From the IMG/VR virus record IMGVR_UViG_3300037089_000087, positions 1 to 59,649 of that record: a stretch of DNA of 59,649 bases; one strand, 5' to 3'. The translations under genes and the position numbers were made by a program. The number at the start of each line of letters is the position of its first letter. The first letter of the stretch is position 1. This document shows, in pieces, positions 18,408 to 26,732 of the stretch. The notes under the pieces were generated by a model. The model worked only from the letters and a program-made list of their open reading frames with translations, was not told the DNA's origin and ran no database searches. Source of the stretch: a virus. Lineage: Duplodnaviria > Caudoviricetes.

Positions 18408-20698
18408 GTTCATGGGCGTCAAAACAGCAAAGAAGACTTTTGGGATTATGTTACGATTGCAATGAAAACGCAGAACCCGAAAAAACAAGATGCAAGACTC
18501 ACCTAAAGAACAACGCTAGGTCTGGCAGAAAGCCTACCGATGCTCTGAAAGAATTCGAGCATACAGACATAGCAAGGAATGGTCATGTTTATGATAAGGG
18601 AACGCCAGTTCTTTTGGACAGGATTCAGAAGATAAGCGATGCCCTGAGGTCTGAGCGGGACAAGACAACACATATCGTCAACGCTTGTCTCGCATCAATC
18701 CAATCGCTTCGGTTCAATAAGATTAAGCGTCCAGTTCTTCCGAAAGCGAAGAAGCATGACCTCGATATGCACGTTCTCCGGTCTGACGCGCAGGTGGGTT
18801 CTAGGGTTGACCCTCAGTTCACAAGCGGTCTTGGGAAGTATGATTGGAAGACTTATGTGAGCCGTCTGGAGAAGTTGACACAAAAAATAGTCACGTTCCA
18901 CGACCAAGACCACGGAGCACTTGGCTTACACAGATTGGTGTCACCGCAGTTGGGAGACCAAGTTGAAGGAGAGCTTATTTTCTCAGGTCAGTCATATGTG
19001 ATAGACCTGCCGTTGGTAGACCAAGTATTTCAATCTGTTGAGATGGAAGTGAACCGTTTTTGGCTTCCTCTTGCGGAGATATTCGACACCATAGAGCTTT
19101 TCTGCGTCATAGGGAACCACGGACGTTGTTTTTCTGAAAATATTCAATTACTTACATGTAATGGTTGGAAAGATTATACCGATATCAAAATGAGAGAAAT
19201 GGTGCCAACATTGAACTTAGAAACCAATCAAGTCGAGAACCAAAATGTCAAGGATGTTTACATATTTAATAACGAACCAACTATGCTCACCGGATTAACT
19301 AAGTCCGCATCGGGTCTTGAAGTTACTCCAGACCATACCATGATTTATTATGACAAACGTTCTAAGACACATAGAACGAGGACTGCCAAGGAAATGCAAA
19401 GAGTTGGTAACGAATTCCCAATCCCAAAGTGCGCTATGAGTGGAAATGAAGATGTGGTGGAAATTTCCGATGAAGAATTGGAATTGATGGGATTGATATT
19501 AACAGACGGTTCCATTCCTAGGAACATCAACCATAATTCTTTTGTTATTTATCAATCTAAGATTAATTATCTTCAGAGAATACACACTTTGTTGGAGACT
19601 CTTGGCATACCGTATACGGATGACATTAGAAACAAGGCAACAGACTCCATACAAGGTGTCAAAGTAAAAAGTCAAATACAAGATTCTCATGTGTTTCGTT
19701 TACATTCATGCTTGGAAGTTGTAAAATTAAGAAAATATTTACCAACAAAAAAACTTCAGAAGTGGATGTTTGGTTTATCTGATAGACAGGTCGGCATATT
19801 GCTTAACGGAATAGTCATGGGAGATGGCACTATTAGAAAAAATTCAGGCAAAACAATTGTCATCAATGGTAAAAAACTTAAGGGGTTGGATTCTTCAGAA
19901 TGCGTTTACGGTACGAAGGTCTTTCTTGATGATTTGCAAGCTTTGCTTATTACGCATAATATACCTTGCACATTGTCAGTCCCTCAAGATGGGTCTGGAT
20001 ATAATGCAGAAACATCGTGCGTATTGTTTTTAACAAGAAGAAAACATTTTATCCTTGGTAGGTCTTTTATAAAAGAAAGGGCATATGGGAAGACGAGTTG
20101 GTGCGTAACCGTTCCAAATCATACCTTGTTTGTTAGAAATAAATTAAACGGTAAAGCTTTTGTGTGTGGAAACTCTGGAAGAAAAGGTGACGGGAGTGAG
20201 AGGACTAATTGGGATTACGTCTACTACCGATGCCTGAAGCAAATTCTTGAGACATCAACGGCTCATGTCAAAGTCCACGTTTCCGAATCTCCTATCATGC
20301 TCGTTGAACACGGGAAATACCTGTTCTGTTATAAGCATGGAGATGATGTTAAAAGCTGGATGGGAATACCGTATTACGGATTAGACCGCTCAGTTAATAA
20401 GACCAGCAGAATGTTCAACAAGGTCATTCACTACAACTGCGTTGGCCATTTCCACCAGACAGGAAACATATCAGATGTGATTCTTGTGAACGGAACCATG
20501 GTAGGAGGTTCTGATTTGTCTATCAACAAGATGGCATCGTCAGGGATTCCGAGCCAGAAAATGTTCTATTTCGACAAGAAGTACGGCATCAACAGGGAGA
20601 GTAATATTTATCTTGCAGATAGAATCGACCTAGAGGCAGACTCCAACGGAATCTTTACTCCGATAAGTAGGGGGTTGGAGATTTCTGGGACCAAATAG
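18404..20698 (+). CDS. Calcineurin-like metallophosphoesterase/nuclease containing an intein
   Basis: SDAQVG, LGDQVEG, GNHGR, HGD, GHFH motifs; 349-aa insertion after GNHGR. Confidence 0.85.
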   Translation: MSSWASKQQRRLLGLCYDCNENAEPEKTRCKTHLKNNARSGRKPTDALKEFEHTDIARNGHVYDKGTPVLLDRIQKISDALRSERDKTTHIVNACLASIQSLRFNKIKRPVLPKAKKHDLDMHVLRSDAQVGSRVDPQFTSGLGKYDWKTYVSRLEKLTQKIVTFHDQDHGALGLHRLVSPQLGDQVEGELIFSGQSYVIDLPLVDQVFQSVEMEVNRFWLPLAEIFDTIELFCVIGNHGRCFSENIQLLTCNGWKDYTDIKMREMVPTLNLETNQVENQNVKDVYIFNNEPTMLTGLTKSASGLEVTPDHTMIYYDKRSKTHRTRTAKEMQRVGNEFPIPKCAMSGNEDVVEISDEELELMGLILTDGSIPRNINHNSFVIYQSKINYLQRIHTLLETLGIPYTDDIRNKATDSIQGVKVKSQIQDSHVFRLHSCLEVVKLRKYLPTKKLQKWMFGLSDRQVGILLNGIVMGDGTIRKNSGKTIVINGKKLKGLDSSECVYGTKVFLDDLQALLITHNIPCTLSVPQDGSGYNAETSCVLFLTRRKHFILGRSFIKERAYGKTSWCVTVPNHTLFVRNKLNGKAFVCGNSGRKGDGSERTNWDYVYYRCLKQILETSTAHVKVHVSESPIMLVEHGKYLFCYKHGDDVKSWMGIPYYGLDRSVNKTSRMFNKVIHYNCVGHFHQTGNISDVILVNGTMVGGSDLSINKMASSGIPSQKMFYFDKKYGINRESNIYLADRIDLEADSNGIFTPISRGLEISGTK
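19127..20173 (+). mobile_element. Intein with LAGLIDADG endonuclease domain
   Basis: Starts CFSENIQLLTCNGW; block B VTPDH; LAGLIDADG-like LMGLILTDGS and LNGIVMGDGT; ends WCVTVPNHTLFVR..VCGN followed by Ser+1. Confidence 0.92.
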
Positions 20699-20812
20699 TA
20701 TATCATAATCGATACAATCTGGCTCGTCAGCACACAGGAAGTCATCCCAGTCGCCATTACTGATGGTGTATGACCGCATATGACCTCCGTGATGCTTTCG
20801 AGCCTTATCTGT

Positions 20813-21409
20813 CTAACGCGTACTCGTTGGTGTCTGATGGCTAGAAATTATGGCTTCCATCTGTAGTTCGTATGACCGATGGATGTTGATATCCTCTAGC
20901 CAGTTTATTGCGTCTTGGACGGACTGGAAACAATATCTTCGTAGCAGAACCCCACTCCCAAGTCCGGCACCTTTGTCGGTACTGGTTCCACTACCGCTGG
21001 AACATATATTTCCTTGACCACCTGCTTTGGGGTACACCCCATTGAGCCTATCAAGAACAAGGTCACCGCTACTAATAGCACTAGGTTTTTCATTTGTTGC
21101 TCCTTTCATGTCGAGTAAAGAATGACATTGAATTATTGCATCGTTTTGAATTGATAACTGTTTCTGGCATGTTGCCTGAGCCGTTGAACGCTCTTTTTGT
21201 AGAGCCGTTACGGTTGCCGCCGAACTCAGGTTTGCATCGAGGCATTGCTGGTTCTGCACCTGGAGAACTGCTACCTTGGCGTGTTCTACCTTGTACGTCA
21301 GGTAACTACTGCCTCCGGCAGAGATGGCCGCAACAGCAATCATGATGTAAACCGTAGCACCGCTGAACGCGCTTGATAACGCACTTCCTATAGTACTGAA
21401 TATGCTCAT
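20813..21409 (-). CDS. Inner-membrane spanin (Rz-like)
   Basis: N-terminal TM plus coiled coil, directly after the endolysin; embeds a lipoprotein ORF. Confidence 0.7.
   Translation of the reverse strand: MSIFSTIGSALSSAFSGATVYIMIAVAAISAGGSSYLTYKVEHAKVAVLQVQNQQCLDANLSSAATVTALQKERSTAQATCQKQLSIQNDAIIQCHSLLDMKGATNEKPSAISSGDLVLDRLNGVYPKAGGQGNICSSGSGTSTDKGAGLGSGVLLRRYCFQSVQDAINWLEDINIHRSYELQMEAIISSHQTPTSTR
20905..21093 (-). CDS. Outer-membrane spanin lipoprotein (Rz1-like), embedded
   Basis: MKNLVLLVAVTLFLIGSMG-C lipobox, Pro-rich, AAAGGAG RBS, out of frame within the Rz-like gene. Confidence 0.75.
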   Translation of the reverse strand: MKNLVLLVAVTLFLIGSMGCTPKQVVKEIYVPAVVEPVPTKVPDLGVGFCYEDIVSSPSKTQ

Positions 21410-21410
21410 G

Positions 21411-22025
21411 TTAGTGCTCCTTATAGTTTAGGCTGTTTGTAAAAATTATCACAGGATAGCTTGTGTTCACTTTACACAAGTCTAAATCCTCACCGCTCTT
21501 CAGCACCACCACCTTTCGCTTGCAGAATTTTTCCACTACAGACGGAATACACGATTTTGCGCGGGCTATTTCCTTATTGAGAGTTCCAAAACCGCCATTG
21601 TACGCGCGCAGCCCGAAATACCAGTCCTTACATGACACCTTATCGTAGCAGTTCTTATCGTAAATTATCAACGCTCTGATAGCCCATTGAGGATTATACG
21701 GCATGGGTTCCGCGCCTAACGCCTTCAGGTCAGCGTTATGGTCTTGTAAATCCTGAGCGGTGGCTGGCATGAACTGTCCAAGACCTTCACCGCCATCAAA
21801 GGCAGTTATGCCTTCGTTACACCGAGACTCCTGCTGAATCTGACCAGCGAAGTTCCAGTATGGCGCATCCATTCCGAGCTTGTAATGTGATTCTCTGATT
21901 ATGGTAGGCACATATTTTTTACACCTGTTTATCGTTGTGGTATCAGAGGCCGAGGCAAATGGAGGCGATGATGGCAAAATACAAAAGACCACGAAAAAGC
22001 AAAACAGAAAGAACTTTAATATCAT
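21411..22025 (-). CDS. Endolysin, lytic transglycosylase (SLT) with N-terminal signal/anchor
   Basis: QIQQES, GLGQFMPATA, AYNGG motifs; hydrophobic N-terminus. Confidence 0.88.
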   Translation of the reverse strand: MILKFFLFCFFVVFCILPSSPPFASASDTTTINRCKKYVPTIIRESHYKLGMDAPYWNFAGQIQQESRCNEGITAFDGGEGLGQFMPATAQDLQDHNADLKALGAEPMPYNPQWAIRALIIYDKNCYDKVSCKDWYFGLRAYNGGFGTLNKEIARAKSCIPSVVEKFCKRKVVVLKSGEDLDLCKVNTSYPVIIFTNSLNYKEH

Positions 22026-22224
22026 GGTCACCATCCTTCGGTCCAAGATAAGTCTTGAACCCGATATACCATATGCTTTCAGCAACACCGACAGCGAGAG
22101 AAACGAGCGCAACTTTGTAAGCGACAACCCGTAACGCTTGTTCTCCCTGAGTGAGCAGAAGGAGTGGAATTGCAAAAAGCAAAAGTTGTATAGACTTGAC
22201 GGAATATTTCTTTATTTCAAACAT
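21943..22224 (-). CDS. Putative holin
   Basis: Three hydrophobic segments, overlaps the endolysin start, AAAGGAG RBS. Confidence 0.7.
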   Translation of the reverse strand: MFEIKKYSVKSIQLLLFAIPLLLLTQGEQALRVVAYKVALVSLAVGVAESIWYIGFKTYLGPKDGDHDIKVLSVLLFRGLLYFAIIASICLGL

Positions 22225-22250
22225 GCGATGCTCCTTTCGGAGAAAGGATA

Positions 22251-22272
22251 CCCGTGCCAATTAAGGCACGGG
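22251..22272. terminator. Intergenic hairpin
   Basis: CCCGTGCC-AATTAA-GGCACGGG. Confidence 0.4.
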
Positions 22273-22290
22273 ATTAGGTAGGTGCGCCTA

Positions 22291-22482
22291 CTAGCGTCCT
22301 ATTCGGATTGTGGAGAAGTTACCGAGCACTCCAGTTGCACTCAGCAACCAGAGGACTACCGCGATAATGACCACAATGTTCAGGATATTCTTGATGTTTG
22401 GTTCCATTGGGATGAACTGGTTAATCAACCATAAGATAACCCCGACAACCACCAGAACAATAATCAGACTCATTAATGTCAT
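22291..22482 (-). CDS. Small two-TM membrane protein (Thivi_2564-like)
   Basis: LIIVLVVVGVILWLINQFIPMEPNIKNILNIVVIIAVVLWLL. Confidence 0.75.
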   Translation of the reverse strand: MTLMSLIIVLVVVGVILWLINQFIPMEPNIKNILNIVVIIAVVLWLLSATGVLGNFSTIRIGR

Positions 22483-22526
22483 ACTGCCTCCTCTCTACAT
22501 ATAGACCACTCTAACTGCTTGTGCGT

Positions 22527-22709
22527 CTACAGCTTTTTGACATCGGCAACTACTGTTTCAACCGTTTTAACAACGGGAGCAAGCTCTGCAACCGTTCTCT
22601 GAACCTGCTTCACTATCTTAGGATACAAAAAATACGTGGCGATAGAACACGCAAGTCCAACAACGATTGATGCCAATACGACAACTAAGACAATTTCAAA
22701 TGTATTCAT
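22527..22709 (-). CDS. Small membrane protein
   Basis: N-terminal TM; GGAGG RBS. Confidence 0.6.
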   Translation of the reverse strand: MNTFEIVLVVVLASIVVGLACSIATYFLYPKIVKQVQRTVAELAPVVKTVETVVADVKKL

Positions 22710-22839
22710 GGTCTCACCTCCAATGGTTGTGGTTTTTCCTCAGTAACATCTTTCATCTTAACATCTTTATCTTCAAAAGTTGGTTTTTTACATAGCGTGG
22801 GACATGCAAGCTCTTCCCAGAAATTTCCCATGGTCACCT

Positions 22840-23037
22840 TCAGGCAAGATTGCCAGTTTTAAAGAAAAATTCCTTCTTCCATTCCGAATCCTTGGGGCAA
22901 TAGGTCTCTTCTGCTCTGCTGAAGAATTGGTAACGCACACCGTTGCAATAACATATACCGCACCCTGCGTTATTACAATGGTAGTGGTGATTCTCTGACA
23001 CCTTTTTCATATCCTGCTTGCAAACTGGACATTGCAT
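22840..23037 (-). CDS. Small Cys-rich zinc-binding protein
   Basis: CPVC...CNNAGCGIC; AGGAG RBS. Confidence 0.55.
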   Translation of the reverse strand: MQCPVCKQDMKKVSENHHYHCNNAGCGICYCNGVRYQFFSRAEETYCPKDSEWKKEFFFKTGNLA

Positions 23038-23038
23038 A

Positions 23039-24076
23039 TTAGACTCCTATTAAACTTTGAAATGAGCCGTCTTTTAATGTATGCGCGAGTGAAACGCCCC
23101 AACTGGTTTCCGTTGTGTTATTCCACCACATCCTCTCTAATTCTCGCTTGCTCATTCTTCCGAACAATGAATCGTAAACATCCCAAGTATAATAATAGCT
23201 GTCGCATGCTCCAAGAATGAGCAGGTAATGACCCTCGAAAGTCCCAGGAGAAAGCACGTGTATAATAACAGGACAACCGCATCTGATTAACGATATCAAA
23301 GTTCTGATATCGGGAGTTGCATCGTCCATTACCAAGACTGGTTCGCAGGAAGAGCATCCGAGAGCATACTTCATACCATCATGGGTTGTTCCCTGCTTGT
23401 TGACACCGCTTTGTAAAATCAAAGACTCTCTGCTATACTTGATACCCTTGTGATGTAAAAGGTTTTCTATCGATGCGATGCCACAGTCAAAGTTTGTATC
23501 TTGTCCGATAGGCTCATGCAGTGGTATCAAAAACATGTTGTGCAGATTAATTTCGCAAAGAGTATGCGTTGCCCCTGTGTCGTACCAGTTATCAACTGCA
23601 TCGATGTGGGCACCGCCGAAGAAGTCATGAAGGTGAAGTGAACCGCCTTCCTTGGCATGACTCAACAGGACATCGTATCCTTGCGCTTTACAGTCAGCGA
23701 TTATCTCAATCATGAGCCTCTTCGCCAAATCCTTCCCTTGGTATTCTGGATGAACTGATATTGAATAAAGATATGCTACCTTTTTCATATTGTACTTCTG
23801 TATTGTCTTCATCCAGTAATCATAATGAGGGTCGTCCCTGTCGATGTCTGCTTCCTCTTCCATCGGGATAGCATATGCTATCCCGACAATCTTTACAGAA
23901 CGGTCTAAGACAAAATAGCAAGAAACGGAACTCTTTATCAGAGATTCAATTTCTTCCCAGTCGCCCCGAATGCTCGGTGCAAAACATTTTTCTTCCATTT
24001 CCATGAGGTCTGGTTTGTAAAGAAACTCAGACGGCCCATACTTCACGATTGCTAATTCAGGATATACTTTAGACAT
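23039..24076 (-). CDS. GNAT acetyltransferase fused to a C39-like cysteine peptidase
   Basis: YLYSISVHPEYQGKDLA (GNAT motif A); QDTNFDCG...GHYLLILG...WD (papain-like C39 Q/C/H/D). Confidence 0.8.
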   Translation of the reverse strand: MSKVYPELAIVKYGPSEFLYKPDLMEMEEKCFAPSIRGDWEEIESLIKSSVSCYFVLDRSVKIVGIAYAIPMEEEADIDRDDPHYDYWMKTIQKYNMKKVAYLYSISVHPEYQGKDLAKRLMIEIIADCKAQGYDVLLSHAKEGGSLHLHDFFGGAHIDAVDNWYDTGATHTLCEINLHNMFLIPLHEPIGQDTNFDCGIASIENLLHHKGIKYSRESLILQSGVNKQGTTHDGMKYALGCSSCEPVLVMDDATPDIRTLISLIRCGCPVIIHVLSPGTFEGHYLLILGACDSYYYTWDVYDSLFGRMSKRELERMWWNNTTETSWGVSLAHTLKDGSFQSLIGV

Positions 24077-24296
24077 GAGAAGGCCACCTTTCTGAAATTT
24101 TTTTGATTGAATCTATGTAAGATTTATTTGCGTGCCATATTTCACTTTTCAGTCTTTCCCTAGCACTTTTAATGGCAGATAATTTACAATCCTCTTGAAT
24201 ATTTGACCACTCTCTTTTTTCTGATTCAGATAATATCTGGTCTTCAGTCAGACCCAATGATTTACCGTAAAACATTTTAAGAACTATTGCCCTCAT
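24069..24296 (-). CDS. Hypothetical protein (MRAIVLK...)
   Basis: AAGAAAGG RBS before ATG 24296. Confidence 0.55.
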   Translation of the reverse strand: MRAIVLKMFYGKSLGLTEDQILSESEKREWSNIQEDCKLSAIKSARERLKSEIWHANKSYIDSIKKISERWPSHV

Positions 24297-24957
24297 GAGC
24301 CGTCCGTCCTTTCTTCCCATCCAAGGGATGAGTATATTTATAATAGGCTCCAACTTTTTCCGTAAAGGCTCTCTCAACCGACCAACCATATCTCAACCTT
24401 GCCCATAATGCAAAATATGGGATTCCAGTAATTTCACTCCATTGGGCAAGTGTTTTGCGTTGACCGTGATGTTCTATAACATGATTTGCCCGTGTATTAT
24501 TGTTCTGTTCTTTTGGAGTGCCCCATTTTACATTCCCCGGTTCGTAATTCCCGTTATTATCTATTCGCTCAATAGAGTGTTTCTGACTTGGCTTGTCTCC
24601 CATAAAAGCATAAAACGCCTCAAAACTATCGCTCCATGGTTTGTAAAGTTTAATCCCCCTACCTCCGTAATCAGGATATCCACGGTCATGGATATTTTCG
24701 CATCTACCCTTGATGTGCGACCAAGTTCTCCATTCAGACGAGTATGACTTTCCGTGAGTCGTAGTGCATGATTTTTTATAACAACCGCATGATGTTGTAT
24801 GTCCTATTGTAAGAGAATATGCACGGACAATAGTTGTATTTCCACAATCGCATTTACATAGAAATTGCGCTGCGTGGTGATTGTCGTTGCATGTTCTTTC
24901 TAAAACAATCAACTTACCAAATCGCTTACCGATAACATCACTACATCGCCTTCCCAT
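24277..24957 (-). CDS. HNH-like homing endonuclease
   Basis: GKRFGKL, CKCDCGN, SCGC, YGGRGI, SIERIDNNGNYEPGNVKW. Confidence 0.9.
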   Translation of the reverse strand: MGRRCSDVIGKRFGKLIVLERTCNDNHHAAQFLCKCDCGNTTIVRAYSLTIGHTTSCGCYKKSCTTTHGKSYSSEWRTWSHIKGRCENIHDRGYPDYGGRGIKLYKPWSDSFEAFYAFMGDKPSQKHSIERIDNNGNYEPGNVKWGTPKEQNNNTRANHVIEHHGQRKTLAQWSEITGIPYFALWARLRYGWSVERAFTEKVGAYYKYTHPLDGKKGRTAHEGNSS

Positions 24958-25360
24958 TGGTTCTACCTTTCTTGTTTTCTAAAGGGAATTTATCATTGTA
25001 ATACTCTGACCATGGAATCTTTAAACCTTCCACGAATGCTCTCTCGACTTTTAGTCCTAGGATATGGTGTTTATGATTAGGAGAATCTGGCAATGAACCT
25101 GGGTCTAGTACATCCGCATGCGCCTCGTAAAACTTGGCTATCTCTTTGAAATCTATCTCCTGACGGCTCAAAATAATAGACAAGACCTCCGCAAGCTCAT
25201 GTATAGCCCACCCAGCCTCGTAATGCTTCTTTCTGGCTTTTGATACTCGCAACGTCCAGTTACCATCTTCCCACTTCACCCCAGAGGCTAGAACGGCTGG
25301 CGATGCTTGGTCTTCGTGGTCTACGAACATTAACTCGATAAACGGTAAGTGGTCGCTCAT
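24941..25360 (-). CDS. HExxE-motif putative metallopeptidase-like protein
   Basis: AIHELAE...PGS..SPNHKHH..VERAF; leaderless promoter upstream. Confidence 0.55.
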   Translation of the reverse strand: MSDHLPFIELMFVDHEDQASPAVLASGVKWEDGNWTLRVSKARKKHYEAGWAIHELAEVLSIILSRQEIDFKEIAKFYEAHADVLDPGSLPDSPNHKHHILGLKVERAFVEGLKIPWSEYYNDKFPLENKKGRTNGKAM

Positions 25361-25367
25361 GAGCTTT

Positions 25368-25396
25368 ATCCTAGCACGATTTTACTGCCAAGTCAA
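25368..25396 (-). promoter_or_regulatory. Sigma70-type promoter (leaderless)
   Basis: TTGACT-17 nt-TAGGAT with TG extended -10, 7 nt to ATG 25360. Confidence 0.7.
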
Positions 25397-25442
25397 CTAA
25401 AATCCGATTATGTTTTTCTTGATATTTATGAGCCGTTTACGA

Positions 25443-26723
25443 CTACCAAACCCCCAATCTCTTAGCTTCGGCTATGTTTTCGTCTGCCTCATCGAATGTA
25501 TTTGTATTGAAGTAAATTCCTTCTGCCTTGACTGATTCGGCGGCCTCGACAGCATTACACTGGGCTTCTTCGAGACTATCTCCTATGCCTACGGCGGCCC
25601 CAAGGACATCACCAGCATCTTGGGTCCAGCATTTTCTCATACCATCTTTTGTAATGCAGAAATTCTGGAGCTTCACCCATTGCTGGAACTTTGCAGGGAT
25701 TGTTACTGGAGTAACTTCTTTTATGAGCCGTCCAGAGTATAAAAATATGGATGCGCCGTATTTCTTTATCTCTTTCGGAACGATATCCTCACCAGCGGCG
25801 ATAGCACGGAAAAGTTCCGGCAAATCATCCCATATTTCGCAAATTATTTCTCCCGGCGGGCTTCCAAAACGCTGTGTCGGGTCAATAAAATATGCCAATC
25901 CCCTGTTTACTACACGATACTCCGATGATATCGGAGCGTGGACGCCGTAACCAGCCATTATCGGAGTCATTTTCTCATGAATATTTCTAATCACGTATGG
26001 TAATTTATCATGAGCAATAACCTTACAACTGTATGATTCGTCTTTTTTTTCTAATCCCCATAAGCATTTGGAAAGATATTTCCCGTTGGAGAAAAGAGAA
26101 TCATCACCCACCTCAACACCCTTGATATGGTCTTCCCAGAGCGCAGAGAAATCATGACGATGTGAGCCGAAATTATGTGCCATCTCAAACAGAAAATCTT
26201 CACTTTCTTCATATGATAGGTGCTGATATGTTTCAGCCACCCCTCGGTATTCTGAGAATTTTATCCATTTATTCTTTGTTCCCTGCATCATGGAACGTGT
26301 AGCATCGAATCCTATGGTTTCCATGATTTTCTCTTCACCATTAAACGGAACAATATGCAGTCCTTGATTCAGAAGAGTTTGCTTGAACAGCTTTCTGTCT
26401 TTCTCAATTTCGTCTCCGGCACGTGTACCTAAAACAAGTCCACCCTGCCTGACGATATCTAATTGCATGCCAGCATGACCAATGAAGGGGAATATTGTAT
26501 AGGTATATTCTGGGATACGGGCAAAAAATTCAGTTTCAAGAATCTTCGTAACGCCAGAAATGCCCGTCCCTATCAAATCTCTATCGGCCATAGGAAAACC
26601 AGTTGACCGTGGGCAACATAAATATACTTTTTTGCAATCTCTCGCGAGTCTCTCGGCAAGATATGGGCCGAATGTTCCAAAGTCCCAGATTGCAACTGTC
26701 ATATCTTTTGCTTTGATTTTCAT
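25443..26723 (-). CDS. ATP-grasp ligase (PurD-like fold)
   Basis: DEIEKDRKLFKQ, WIK, EDHIKGVEVG, YFIDPTQRFGSPP, AAVGIGDSLEEA. Confidence 0.75.
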   Translation of the reverse strand: MKIKAKDMTVAIWDFGTFGPYLAERLARDCKKVYLCCPRSTGFPMADRDLIGTGISGVTKILETEFFARIPEYTYTIFPFIGHAGMQLDIVRQGGLVLGTRAGDEIEKDRKLFKQTLLNQGLHIVPFNGEEKIMETIGFDATRSMMQGTKNKWIKFSEYRGVAETYQHLSYEESEDFLFEMAHNFGSHRHDFSALWEDHIKGVEVGDDSLFSNGKYLSKCLWGLEKKDESYSCKVIAHDKLPYVIRNIHEKMTPIMAGYGVHAPISSEYRVVNRGLAYFIDPTQRFGSPPGEIICEIWDDLPELFRAIAAGEDIVPKEIKKYGASIFLYSGRLIKEVTPVTIPAKFQQWVKLQNFCITKDGMRKCWTQDAGDVLGAAVGIGDSLEEAQCNAVEAAESVKAEGIYFNTNTFDEADENIAEAKRLGVW

Positions 26724-26732
26724 AGCATTCTC

